Positions 15,996 through 25,023 of a stretch of 32,060 bases of DNA are shown here, piece by piece (position 1 is the stretch's first letter; each line of letters opens with the position of its first letter). A model generated the notes under the pieces. That model was not told the DNA's origin, ran no database searches, and was given only the letters and a program-made list of their open reading frames with translations. This stretch comes from an uncultured Gaiellales bacterium (GTDB lineage: Bacteria; Actinomycetota; Thermoleophilia; RBG-16-64-13): assembly GCA_964504825.1 (NCBI GenBank), contig CAZDGO010000001.1, forward strand, positions 1 through 32,060, given 5' to 3'. The translations under genes and the position numbers were made by a program.

Positions 15996-16667
15996 CTACG
16001 CCGCCCCTTTCTCTTCCCCGGCCACTCGGCCGTCCAGCCTACCCGGGCGCTCCACAGCGTTCCAGCGCTTCGGGGTGTGGATCTTCATGAACGTGTTCAG
16101 CTTGTCCTCGGATTTCAGCTGGTTGTAGATCAGCACCCAGGCGCAATCCTTCTCAGAATCCACTTCGCATTTGCCGTTGTTCGTGCCGCCACACGGTCCG
16201 TTGAGAATGCCCTTGGCGCACCGAGTGACCGGGCAGATGGCCCCGTACTCGTCGATGATGCACTCGCCGCACAGCGAGCATTTCTCTTCGAAGACCATCT
16301 GACGCTTGACGTTGCCCACGAACAGCGAGTTCGCGCCCGGGCTCACATGTTTGGTCGTGGCCTCACGCACCGACTGCGTGCCCGCACCACACGACAGCAC
16401 CAGGAAGGCGTCGGCCGCGGTGGCCGCCTCTTTGTTCTGCCGAAAGATGCGCTTGATGTCGAGCTCCTGGCATGTCGAGTGAGCGACATCTGTGGCCACG
16501 ACCGTCTTACCGGCCTCTTCGAGGCGGGTCTTCATGTCGGCGACTTCTATCTCTCCGCCGCTCTGCGTCATGGTGGCGCACTCGCCGCAACCGACGATGT
16601 AGACGTTCGTGTTCCCTGTGAGACTCTCGAGGATCTCCTCGAAAGGCTTCTGCTTACTGATGATCAA
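15996..16667 (-). CDS. metV: MetV, the Cys-rich small subunit of MetFV-type methylene-THF reductase
   Basis: 223 aa. Motifs CGECATMTQSGG, CSLCGECIIDEYGAICPVTRCAKGILNGPCGG and GKCEV are typical of MTHFR C-terminal-domain (MetV) proteins. The TTG start at 16667 has a GGAGG 9 nt upstream. Confidence 0.82.
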   Translation of the reverse strand: MIISKQKPFEEILESLTGNTNVYIVGCGECATMTQSGGEIEVADMKTRLEEAGKTVVATDVAHSTCQELDIKRIFRQNKEAATAADAFLVLSCGAGTQSVREATTKHVSPGANSLFVGNVKRQMVFEEKCSLCGECIIDEYGAICPVTRCAKGILNGPCGGTNNGKCEVDSEKDCAWVLIYNQLKSEDKLNTFMKIHTPKRWNAVERPGRLDGRVAGEEKGAA

Positions 16668-16687
16668 GTCGACGAACCTCCGTTCTG

Positions 16688-18025
16688 CTAGTTGAGTCCC
16701 CGCAGGTAGCGCGGCACGTCGGCCGCTTCACGCACGCCGACCACGACTTCCCAGTCGCCGAGCTCCTCTTCCAGCTCGCCGCTGATCTGAGCCACGTACC
16801 CGGGGATGATGATCTTCCTGTGGCCGACCTTCTCCTCGATGCCGCTCTTCTTGACGAACGCGGCGATGGCGTCGGCCACGAACTTGCCGGCCGCCCAGGA
16901 GGTCAGCACTGATTGACCCTCCGTGTCCATCACGAGCAGCCAGGTCGGGACCTTGCTCGCCTCGATCTCACCGGCCACGGTGAAGTAGGTGAGCGAGAAG
17001 TTCGTGGTGATCAGAAGCGGGCTATCCGCGGTAGGTTCGTTCAGCGGGTAGATACCCTGATCCATCTGCATCGGCCGCTGAGGGTCGGTGTAGATGTTCT
17101 GCGAGAGGATCAGCAACGGTAGCACCTGGGCCGGGTCGAGGGTATCGATGACCACGATGCCTGCATACTTGGCTACGAACACCCCGGCGAAGACGATCTT
17201 GAGCATCGGGTCGGTGGTCATGCGGCACGGGAAGGCGATGGTCGGGAACCCGAGGGCCCGAAACTTCTTCTTGATGGCCGCACGGCGGATGTAGGTCTGA
17301 TCACGCAATGCGTCCTGCAGATTGGCCGACATGGGGTCGAGAACGACCTCTTTATAGTCGGCGGCTACGCATTTCTCACCCAACTCGGCCAACTCGTCCA
17401 GGGTGGGCGCCTTGATGACGAAGGGCACGCCCAGTTCCTTGGCCACGCCGGCCACGGCGTCGAAGTTCGACGCGGTGGCGGCATACAACAGCGGCTTCTG
17501 GGCCTTGATCGGCTCCGCCGCGGCCTTGAGGGCGGCTGCGTCCTCACTCATGATCACGATACCGGCGCCGGTATCGTCGGAAGCTTTCTTGACCCGCGCG
17601 GCCAACGTGGACGCATCGGCCGACTCGATGGCGAAGAGCTTCGCCCGCAGGATCTGGCCGACCCGCTCGAACGACTGCGCCTTGAACGTGTCGAGCGCCT
17701 GTTGGAAGGCCGCATCGTCGACGCTGTCGCCGATCAGCACGGCCACACCCGGGGGATGTTCGAACCGCTTCTCGTGGCGATAGAGCACGGTCTCCTCACC
17801 GATGACCACGGCCATGTCGCCCGCGCCCACGGTGACCTTCCGCACCGGAGGCGCCGCCGCCTCACCGAGTGCCGCCGCCGCCTCAGCCGAGACGTGAGGG
17901 CACTGGGAGAGTTCGGCCTTCCCGGAGGCCAGTTGCATGGCGAAGGCCATGCACGTAGGGAAACCGCAGTCTTTGCAGTTGGTCTTCGGCAAGAGCTTGA
18001 AGATCTGCAACCCGCTTAAAGCCAA
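16688..18025 (-). CDS. acsC: Corrinoid iron-sulfur protein, large subunit
   Basis: I trimmed the ORF to the TTG at 18025-18023, with an AGGAG 7 nt upstream. This gives (M)ALSGLQIFKLLPKTNCKDCGFPTCMAFAMQLASGKA, which is collinear with the Moorella AcsC N-terminus (MPLTGLEIYKQLPKKNCGECG...). The result is 445 aa. The track ATG at 18103 would add 26 unconserved residues and has no RBS. Confidence 0.88.
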   Translation of the reverse strand: MALSGLQIFKLLPKTNCKDCGFPTCMAFAMQLASGKAELSQCPHVSAEAAAALGEAAAPPVRKVTVGAGDMAVVIGEETVLYRHEKRFEHPPGVAVLIGDSVDDAAFQQALDTFKAQSFERVGQILRAKLFAIESADASTLAARVKKASDDTGAGIVIMSEDAAALKAAAEPIKAQKPLLYAATASNFDAVAGVAKELGVPFVIKAPTLDELAELGEKCVAADYKEVVLDPMSANLQDALRDQTYIRRAAIKKKFRALGFPTIAFPCRMTTDPMLKIVFAGVFVAKYAGIVVIDTLDPAQVLPLLILSQNIYTDPQRPMQMDQGIYPLNEPTADSPLLITTNFSLTYFTVAGEIEASKVPTWLLVMDTEGQSVLTSWAAGKFVADAIAAFVKKSGIEEKVGHRKIIIPGYVAQISGELEEELGDWEVVVGVREAADVPRYLRGLN

Positions 18026-18114
18026 GGTGTCGCTCCTCTCATAATCGTCGCAGGAAAGACGGACCGAGTCGTCGGGAGACCACCCGCAGATGGTCCCCCT
18101 CATCTCGAATCCGT

Positions 18115-20331
18115 TTAGAACATCGGGTCCATCTCGAGCGCCGGGTGACCCACCTCGGTCAGATAGGCGAGGATCTCGTCCTCCTCGGTGCCGTTGTCCT
18201 CGGTGGCGATCTTTTCGTAGAAATCGGTATAGCCCTGCTTAGCGGCGTTCGCCTTGATCTGTTCTTCCATCTCTTCTTTGAGCTTCTTGGGCATCCACAC
18301 CAACCGGGCGATGCCGCCGTCACCACTGATGAACTTTGGGGAGCCCATATAGAACTTGGAGTGCCCCACGAAACCCGGGGTCTGCGCCCCGCCGCCTACC
18401 GAGCCGGCCAGAGTGGAGAACTTCATCCCACAGGGAGTCATCCCGGTGTGATCGCGGTCGACAGTCATGACGCCATTGCACATGGGCAGGAGCACGCTGA
18501 TGGCCTCGAAGCAACCGCACGAGGTCATCGGGTTCTCCATCATGCTGTACGCGCTGAAACGTTCGATCGCGTTGTGCGAGGCAGAATACGCGAACTCGTC
18601 GACGCCTTCCCATTCGCCCAATCGCTGGTCCACGACCGCACCCTTCATGATGGGCTGGTTAGGACCGGTGGGGTTGATCTCGAAAGCGGCCTTGCCGTCG
18701 AGCCAGTTGTAGGCTCCACACAGACCCGGACGCTCGGGTGTAATCACACACACATGGTCGGGAGCGAAGCTCTGACACAGCGTGCAGGAGTAGAAGATAT
18801 CCACCGATTCGTCGGTGAGGGACCCGATGCGCTCATCGCGCTCGTGATACACGGACTGAGCACGCTGGACCAGCGCGGATACTTCTGGTTCCTTGGTAAA
18901 GATGGTCACCTGGACCTTGTCAACGATGCCGCCGAAGTCCGCGTGGTAGCGGGCGTGGACGATCTTACCGACGTGTTCGAAGGTGAAGCCGGCCGCTGTG
19001 GCCTTCTTGCTGATGCGTTCCCAGATAATGTCGCGCTGGCCGACGTGCAGGAAGCCTTCAGCCTCGTTCAGGAAGTGGTGAAGCTGACGTTCGAGGATGG
19101 GCTCGAAGTCCTTCTGCATCTTACGGCCGGAGACCTCGATCAGCAGGCCGAACGGTATGGTCGTGCCCGGCTCGATCTCGTTCACGTCGGGACCGACAAC
19201 CGTGATCTTCCCGTCTTCCACGTCCTCGGCGATCACGGTCAGTTCCGTACCCGGCGCTTTCGGGCCGGCGAGCTCGACATGAAGGTCGTCTTTGCGGATC
19301 CGCTCGCCCTCGAAGGCCGGGCCGTAGGCTACCGGCACAGGCACCTCGGTGATGACGATCTTCAGTCCGCGCACCTCGATGGCCTTGGCCACGATCTGAT
19401 CCAAGGGCACATTCGAGACCACATGTTCGTAGGTGGTGACACCCGTCGGCAGGATCTCGGGGATGTCGGTCTCGGCGATGGTGGGGAAGCCGTAGTTGAT
19501 GGCTCCCGCTGCCGCCGCATACTTCAGATCGTCGACTTCGCCCAGGGCTAGGACGAAGGCGAACACCCGGTCTTTGTTGTACCTGAGGGTGCCCTTGTAG
19601 TCGCCCGGCTTCACCCCACCGAACGCCATGGCCGCCCGGGTAGCGAAGCCGATGGAGTAGATATGAGCGTAGATCTCCGGGCCGAACGGCACCAGACGGG
19701 TATCCCAGCTCATCTCCACGCCGGCTTCCGACAGTTGGTTCGCGAACGTCGTGCCGCGGGACCCGCCCGCCATGAACACGTACAGGTACTTGCCCTGCAT
19801 CTCGCGGGCGAGGGCCACTGCCGTCTCTACGTCCGGGGCGGCACCGGTGACCGCGGCGAAGCCGGGTGCGGAACCATCCACGAACTCTACGCCGCGCTGG
19901 CGCATGATGATGTCGTCGGCGCAACCGAGCCAGATGTCCTGCACGGGGGCCGGACCGGCGCCCACGTACTTGAGGGCCTCGATGATCTCGGCCAGCCACA
20001 GTGCCGCCATGCCCCCGTCGAGCGTCTCACCAAGGTAGGGAAGCCACAGATTGGCACTGGGGACGGGCGGCAGCAGCCGCTCGGCCTCGTCGAGCACCCA
20101 ACGCATGTCGTCGAGAGACTCCACTTTGTGCCCGGTGATGGCGTAGATGACCGGCAGGAAATAGCCGGTGTTGGGAAAGAAGTCACGCTTCTGGCCGGCA
20201 TCGAGAGAGGCCGAGGCCTGCTCGAGACGGCTGGTGGCCAAGTCAAAGTAGGCGCGGGCCCCACGGGCCACCCCGCCGGCGATGATCTCGCGGATGCCTT
20301 CGGGCTTTCTCTTCAGAACTGCGGTTGCCAT
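18115..20331 (-). CDS. acsB: Acetyl-CoA synthase (A-cluster subunit)
   Basis: 738 aa. Family-typical blocks include FYSCTLCQSFAPDHVCVITPERPGLCGAYNWLD and SCGCFE, the A-cluster Cys ligand region. The length and position next to CODH also fit. Confidence 0.92.
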   Translation of the reverse strand: MATAVLKRKPEGIREIIAGGVARGARAYFDLATSRLEQASASLDAGQKRDFFPNTGYFLPVIYAITGHKVESLDDMRWVLDEAERLLPPVPSANLWLPYLGETLDGGMAALWLAEIIEALKYVGAGPAPVQDIWLGCADDIIMRQRGVEFVDGSAPGFAAVTGAAPDVETAVALAREMQGKYLYVFMAGGSRGTTFANQLSEAGVEMSWDTRLVPFGPEIYAHIYSIGFATRAAMAFGGVKPGDYKGTLRYNKDRVFAFVLALGEVDDLKYAAAAGAINYGFPTIAETDIPEILPTGVTTYEHVVSNVPLDQIVAKAIEVRGLKIVITEVPVPVAYGPAFEGERIRKDDLHVELAGPKAPGTELTVIAEDVEDGKITVVGPDVNEIEPGTTIPFGLLIEVSGRKMQKDFEPILERQLHHFLNEAEGFLHVGQRDIIWERISKKATAAGFTFEHVGKIVHARYHADFGGIVDKVQVTIFTKEPEVSALVQRAQSVYHERDERIGSLTDESVDIFYSCTLCQSFAPDHVCVITPERPGLCGAYNWLDGKAAFEINPTGPNQPIMKGAVVDQRLGEWEGVDEFAYSASHNAIERFSAYSMMENPMTSCGCFEAISVLLPMCNGVMTVDRDHTGMTPCGMKFSTLAGSVGGGAQTPGFVGHSKFYMGSPKFISGDGGIARLVWMPKKLKEEMEEQIKANAAKQGYTDFYEKIATEDNGTEEDEILAYLTEVGHPALEMDPMF

Positions 20332-20337
20332 GTAGCA

Positions 20338-22290
20338 CTACCCCCGACGGTCGGCCATGTCGAACAGTACGCGTTCGCGGACCTCGTGGATGCCGAGAGC
20401 CTCGCGTTTCTTCTGGATGTGGGCCATGGCGGCCTCGAACATCCCCTGCCATTCCGGGATGAACTCAAGCTTGCCGCCGAATTGCTCTTCCCAGCCCTTG
20501 GTGTGGATGTCGGTCAGGACACCCGAGGCGCGGAAGGGTGAGTCGACGCCGCCGAAGATGACGTAGGCGCCGCTGCCCACACAGTAGGTGGCGATCTCGA
20601 GAGCCTTCTCGCAGTAATACTCGGGCGAGATGCCCACGGCCGGGATCTGGTCGATGTCGTCGCCCAGGCCGCCCGTCTCCGCGATCTCCGCCAAGATGGT
20701 GAGGATGCGCGAGTTATCGACACAGGAGCCCACATGCAGCACGGGCGGCATACCGGTGGTCTCGCAGACCTCCGACAGGCCGGGGCCGGCATTCTCGAAC
20801 ATCTCGGGCGTGAGGTAGCCGTGCTTGCCCGCGGCGTGGGCGGCGCATCCGGTCACCAGCACGAGCACGTCGTTCTGGATGAAGTTCTTGACCAGATTGA
20901 TGATGCCCTCATCTTGCGTGGCCCGTGGGTTGTTGCAGCCCACGATGGCGACGGCGCCCTGGATCTTGCCGTTCATGATGTTGTCGTTGAGCGGCCGGAA
21001 GCTTCCCCGGAACCTGCCCCCCAACATGTAGCGGATGTACTCGTGCGAGAAACCGGCCACCACCGGGCTCTTGACGTTGGGGATGTGGACGTCTTCCCGG
21101 TTGCGGTTCGGATAGTTGTCGATCGCCATCTTGACGATCTCCTTGGCGATCTCGAGCGCGCGGTCCTCGTGGAACTCCACGTGGTCGGCCCCCTCTATGC
21201 GGGCTTTCGCCGACGTGGTGATCAACTTGGTGTGGAAGTTCTTCGCCACACCGACCAGGCCCTGGAAGACGCACTGGATGTCGACCACCATGAGCTCGAC
21301 TGCCCCGGTGAGCAGCGCCAGCTCTTGGTGCAGCGAGTTGCCTGCCGGCGGCACGCCCCGGCGCATCCAGATCTCGTTGGCCGTGCAGCAGATGCCGGCC
21401 AGCATGATGCCGTTGGCGCCCTTGCTCTTAGCGTACTCGATCATCTCAGGCGATTGGGCCGCATCGACGATCAGCTCGGAGAGCACCGGCTCGTGGCCGT
21501 GGATGATGATGTTGACCTCGTCCTCCCTGAGCACGCCCAGGTTGGCCTCACTGGTCACCGGCTTGGGGGTGCCCCAGATGATGTCCGAGATATCGGTGGC
21601 GAGCATAGAACCGCCCCAACCGCTGGCCAGACACATGCGGATGCACTGGTTCATGATGTGGTGAGCGTCCTGATCGCCGCCGGCATGCGTGCGGTGCATC
21701 GAGTCGACCACCTCGCGGTCGAACCCGCGGGGGGTGACGCCCTCTTTCGCCCACAGCTCCTGGCGCTTCTTAGGCGCCCGCTTCGCGTAGAGCTGGAAGC
21801 CGTCATCGCCCTTGTTCCACTCTTGCAAGGCCGCTCGTCCGACTTCGCGGGCGAGCTGCATGTCGTCCTTGCCTTCGACGCCGACTTCGAGATAGCCCGC
21901 GACTACGCGCAGTTTCTCGGGGTCCTTGATCTTGTAGTCCTTGGCCTCGCCGTTGCCGATCATGAGGAGGGTCTCGGCGATGGTGCGGCCGTGATCGGCG
22001 TGGGCCGACGCGCCCCCGGCACAGGACCTGATGAAGTTGCGGGCGCCGACGGTGGCCAAGCTGGCTCCGCACACGCCTTGCTTCTCTTCCTTGTCTTTGC
22101 CGATGAAACGGCAAGGCCCCATGTAGCAGACCTTGCAGCACGCCCCTTCCGCCCCGATGGGACAGGCCGACACCTCATCTACACGCGAGAACATGGTCGA
22201 GATGCCCTTCTCCTCGGCGATCTTGAGCATCTCGAGAGCCGCCGGATCGATGGACTTCGCGTAGCTGCTTCCCTTTGTCTTCTCTGTCAT
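20338..22290 (-). CDS. acsA: Anaerobic Ni-Fe-S carbon monoxide dehydrogenase
   Basis: 650 aa with the CooS/AcsA N-terminal Cys pattern (CPIGAEGACCKVCYMGPCRF), CGASLAT, IIIHGHEP, GICCTANE, GCNNP and HVGSCVDNSR (C-cluster ligands). Confidence 0.92.
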   Translation of the reverse strand: MTEKTKGSSYAKSIDPAALEMLKIAEEKGISTMFSRVDEVSACPIGAEGACCKVCYMGPCRFIGKDKEEKQGVCGASLATVGARNFIRSCAGGASAHADHGRTIAETLLMIGNGEAKDYKIKDPEKLRVVAGYLEVGVEGKDDMQLAREVGRAALQEWNKGDDGFQLYAKRAPKKRQELWAKEGVTPRGFDREVVDSMHRTHAGGDQDAHHIMNQCIRMCLASGWGGSMLATDISDIIWGTPKPVTSEANLGVLREDEVNIIIHGHEPVLSELIVDAAQSPEMIEYAKSKGANGIMLAGICCTANEIWMRRGVPPAGNSLHQELALLTGAVELMVVDIQCVFQGLVGVAKNFHTKLITTSAKARIEGADHVEFHEDRALEIAKEIVKMAIDNYPNRNREDVHIPNVKSPVVAGFSHEYIRYMLGGRFRGSFRPLNDNIMNGKIQGAVAIVGCNNPRATQDEGIINLVKNFIQNDVLVLVTGCAAHAAGKHGYLTPEMFENAGPGLSEVCETTGMPPVLHVGSCVDNSRILTILAEIAETGGLGDDIDQIPAVGISPEYYCEKALEIATYCVGSGAYVIFGGVDSPFRASGVLTDIHTKGWEEQFGGKLEFIPEWQGMFEAAMAHIQKKREALGIHEVRERVLFDMADRRG

Positions 22291-22312
22291 GATGCTGGGT
22301 TACTCCTTTCTT

Positions 22313-23257
22313 CTACTCGCCTTTGAGGCTGGCGATAGCCTTGCGGATCAGGACCGCGGACTCGGGATGACGAAGGACGACGACGTTCGCGCCCGCCAAT
22401 AGCAGCGAGACAGCGGTCAGCGACTCCCACATGAGGCCCCGTGTGGCACGATCGCCGGTGCCGGGCAGGTCGGATTCGTCGACCTTGGTCTCTTTAGCCT
22501 TCCAGGCTTCCTGACCCACCGTGGCGATGATGGGCATCTGCATCTTCGAGTCGTTCTGAGCGAGCGCCGCAAGGCGATCGCGTTCGAAGACGGTGTAGGC
22601 GTACTCGAGGCCGTATCCCAGAGCACCCGTGGTCGGATCCATGAGGATGGCGCCTTCGTCCACGCCCAGTTGCGAGAGTAGCACGTTGAGCTGCTTAGCC
22701 AGGTTCACGTCCATCGGGGTGAATGCTACGACGGAGTGCCGATAGCCCATCGCCGCGGCTCCGATAGGCCGGTAGTTGTCTTCTTCGGCATTACCGATGG
22801 CTACCGGGTGATCACCGAGCACCTCTGCCGCCGTCTTCAGCACATCGGCATCGTTCTCCGCATCGCCGGAGCCGACGACGACCACCGGCACGCCGGCAGC
22901 CTCCACTATCGCTTTTGCGCCGGCGGCGGCCCCGGCGGCCGATCTGCCGGCACCGTTGGGGTCGGTGCTCTTGAGGCGCAGGTACACCAGGTCGGCGCCG
23001 TACTCCCCCACGACTCTCTTCGTCCATGCGATGGGGTCGGCGTATACGTCGCCGTAGACATCGTTGAGGGTAGGCGACCAATCATCGGGCGCGATGTCCC
23101 AGACCTCGAAAGCGATCTTCGGGTCATTGGGCATGTCGCCCTCGAACGTATGGAATGGGAAAGCGGATTCACCGCCCACCACAACGCCGGCCAGATCGGC
23201 TTGGCGTATGCTCCCCTTATACGACTCGGTTGGGGTCTGGAAGGCCAAATTCATCAC
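22313..23257 (-). CDS. acsD: Corrinoid iron-sulfur protein, small subunit
   Basis: 314 aa of the CdhD/AcsD TIM-barrel family, located between folD and acsA. An AAAGGAG RBS precedes the start. Confidence 0.82.
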   Translation of the reverse strand: MMNLAFQTPTESYKGSIRQADLAGVVVGGESAFPFHTFEGDMPNDPKIAFEVWDIAPDDWSPTLNDVYGDVYADPIAWTKRVVGEYGADLVYLRLKSTDPNGAGRSAAGAAAGAKAIVEAAGVPVVVVGSGDAENDADVLKTAAEVLGDHPVAIGNAEEDNYRPIGAAAMGYRHSVVAFTPMDVNLAKQLNVLLSQLGVDEGAILMDPTTGALGYGLEYAYTVFERDRLAALAQNDSKMQMPIIATVGQEAWKAKETKVDESDLPGTGDRATRGLMWESLTAVSLLLAGANVVVLRHPESAVLIRKAIASLKGE

Positions 23258-23308
23258 TCCTTTCTCGAAACGGAGACATCTGCTCCGAACAGTCGGTGGT
23301 CTCTGACT

Positions 23309-24274
23309 CTACGCTTGAGCGAGCAGACGCGCCGCTCGCAGAGTGTTCTTCGCCAGCATCATGTTGGTGACCGAACCTACGCCCCCTGGGACCGGCGTTA
23401 TCGCCTTCACCTTGGGCAGCAGATCGTCGAAGTTCGCGTCGCCGACGGTCTTTGTAGCTGCTTCCGCGAGATCGGCGCCGCAGTTCCGGCAGGGATCCTT
23501 CTTTGCCCGATTAATGGCTTCACAGGCCGGGCACACGAAGACCCGGTTGATCCCGACATCGATGACCACTGCCCCCTCCTTGACCTGATCGGCGTTGATC
23601 AGGTTGGGGAAGCCGGCGGCCACTATGACGTAGTCCGCCACCTTGGTGTGCTTCTCGAGATTGCCCTTCATCGACGTGAAGACATGCACGGTGGTCGTAG
23701 ACGCGTTGCGGTTGAGAGCCAGGAAGCTCACCGGCTTGCCCACGATGTTCGAGTGGCCCACCACGCAGATCTCAGCCCCCTCGAAACCATCCTTGGGGTC
23801 GATGCCTTCGCTCTTCATGTAGCGTTCCATCAGTTCGATGCAGGCTGATGGCGTCGCCGGGGGGAAGGTCGGTTCACCCAGGGCCAACTTGCCCATGTTG
23901 AAGGGGTGGAAGCAATCGACGTCCTTGTTGACGCTGATGGAGTTGATCACCGCCGAGTCGGAGATGTGATCGGGGAACGGGCGCAGGGGCAGGATGCCCG
24001 AGACTGTGGGGTCGGCGTTCAGCGACTCCACGATCTTGATCACGTCGGCCTCGGTGACATCGGCCGGATGCGTCTCTTCACGGTAGCCGAACCCCATCTC
24101 AGCGCAGAACTTCTCTACAGCGCCGCGGTACATCTTTGCGCCGAAGTTGTCGCCCACCAGCAGTGTAGCGATGCCGGGCTCGATGCCCTGAGCCTTCAGC
24201 TCGTCCAGCTCCGCGGTGAGCTCCACCCGGATCTCGTCGGCGATAGCTTTGCCGTCTATGATCTTCGCTCCCAT
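23309..24274 (-). CDS. folD: Bifunctional methylene-THF dehydrogenase / methenyl-THF cyclohydrolase carrying a 31-residue Cys4 insertion
   Basis: The ATG at 24274 follows GGAGGA. MGAKIIDGKAIADEIRVEL aligns with E. coli FolD MAAKIIDGKTIAQQV. Other blocks are DVDCFHPFNMGKL, VVGHSNIVGKP and ITPVPGGVGSVT. Between VGINRV and VGD lies FVCPACEAINRAKKDPCRNCGADLAEAATKT, where E. coli has 5 residues. Confidence 0.88.
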   Translation of the reverse strand: MGAKIIDGKAIADEIRVELTAELDELKAQGIEPGIATLLVGDNFGAKMYRGAVEKFCAEMGFGYREETHPADVTEADVIKIVESLNADPTVSGILPLRPFPDHISDSAVINSISVNKDVDCFHPFNMGKLALGEPTFPPATPSACIELMERYMKSEGIDPKDGFEGAEICVVGHSNIVGKPVSFLALNRNASTTTVHVFTSMKGNLEKHTKVADYVIVAAGFPNLINADQVKEGAVVIDVGINRVFVCPACEAINRAKKDPCRNCGADLAEAATKTVGDANFDDLLPKVKAITPVPGGVGSVTNMMLAKNTLRAARLLAQA

Positions 24275-24323
24275 CCGTTCTCCTCCACTCTCGAACTCGT
24301 GTGCCAGGGTCACTCCGGGCCCA

Positions 24324-24959
24324 CTAGCCCAGTTTCTCATACGTCATGGTCATCACCCGTTCGCGCAGGCCCGCGGTCGCAGCCAGGATGTTCTCCACCC
24401 GGCTCCAGGCCGACCGGTTGAACTCCTCGTCGCTGATCCAACCTATGTTGATTTTGACGTTGAGTGCGGCGCTCTGCGCTGCCGCGTCGGCCAGCAGCAC
24501 GGCGACTCCGGCATCGCTCACGGCGTTCGTATTGCCGATGTCGGCCCCGGTGAGACTGAGCTCGGCTACCTTCAGACACTGCTCGGCGATGGTCAATGGC
24601 ACCTTCGCCGCTTCTTTCAGCGCCGCCTGCATCTTCTCGTCCCGCTCCTCTTTCTGCTGTTCGGTGTCCCGGGGCAGCTTCATGGCTTCGGACACGGCGC
24701 CGTAGACCTCCGTGTCGCGCTGCACCAGGTCTTGCAGATCGGAGCGCACCCGCTCGGAGGCCATCAGCAGCAACTGGATCTCTTCCTGCACGCCTGCGTA
24801 CGTATTCTTACCCACAGTGAGGCTCGCCACCATGCTCACCAGTCCAGCACCCAGCGCGCCGGTCATGGCCGCGACACTTCCGCCTCCGGGCTCGGGGCTG
24901 GACGTAGCCAGCTTCTCCAAGAAGGCCCTGATGGTGCCATCCACGTAACCAGCCGTCAC
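24324..24959 (-). CDS. fchA: Methenyl-THF cyclohydrolase (formiminotransferase-cyclodeaminase C-terminal family)
   Basis: 211 aa starting at GTG 24959 with an AAGGAGAG RBS. PEPGGGSVAAMTGALGAGLVSMVASLTVGK is the hallmark of the cyclodeaminase/cyclohydrolase family. Confidence 0.82.
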   Translation of the reverse strand: MTAGYVDGTIRAFLEKLATSSPEPGGGSVAAMTGALGAGLVSMVASLTVGKNTYAGVQEEIQLLLMASERVRSDLQDLVQRDTEVYGAVSEAMKLPRDTEQQKEERDEKMQAALKEAAKVPLTIAEQCLKVAELSLTGADIGNTNAVSDAGVAVLLADAAAQSAALNVKINIGWISDEEFNRSAWSRVENILAATAGLRERVMTMTYEKLG

Positions 24960-24970
24960 CTGCTCTCCTT

Positions 24971-24992
24971 TCCTACCACGTTCCTACCACGC
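24971..24992. repeat. Perfect tandem duplication of an 11-mer (ttcctaccacg x2) immediately upstream of the fchA RBS
   Basis: 24971-24981 is identical to 24982-24992. On the mRNA strand this reads CGTGGTAGGAA CGTGGTAGGAA, followed by AGGAGAGCAGG-GTG. Confidence 0.6.
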
Positions 24993-25023
24993 GCCCCCAG
25001 AGGGCCGGCCGAACGAGCGGCCG

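Noticed and set aside
18145-22326. Long plus-strand ORFs (18145..19551, 468 aa; 20734..22326, 530 aa; similarly 275..1747, 2919..3935, 7300..8061, 15091..16128, 22736..23848 and 29004..29765).
   Set aside because: They lie antisense to strongly conserved genes, are rich in Arg/Gly/His/Asp/Leu/Val, and contain no motifs I recognise. These are typical stop-poor shadow frames of GC-rich coding DNA.
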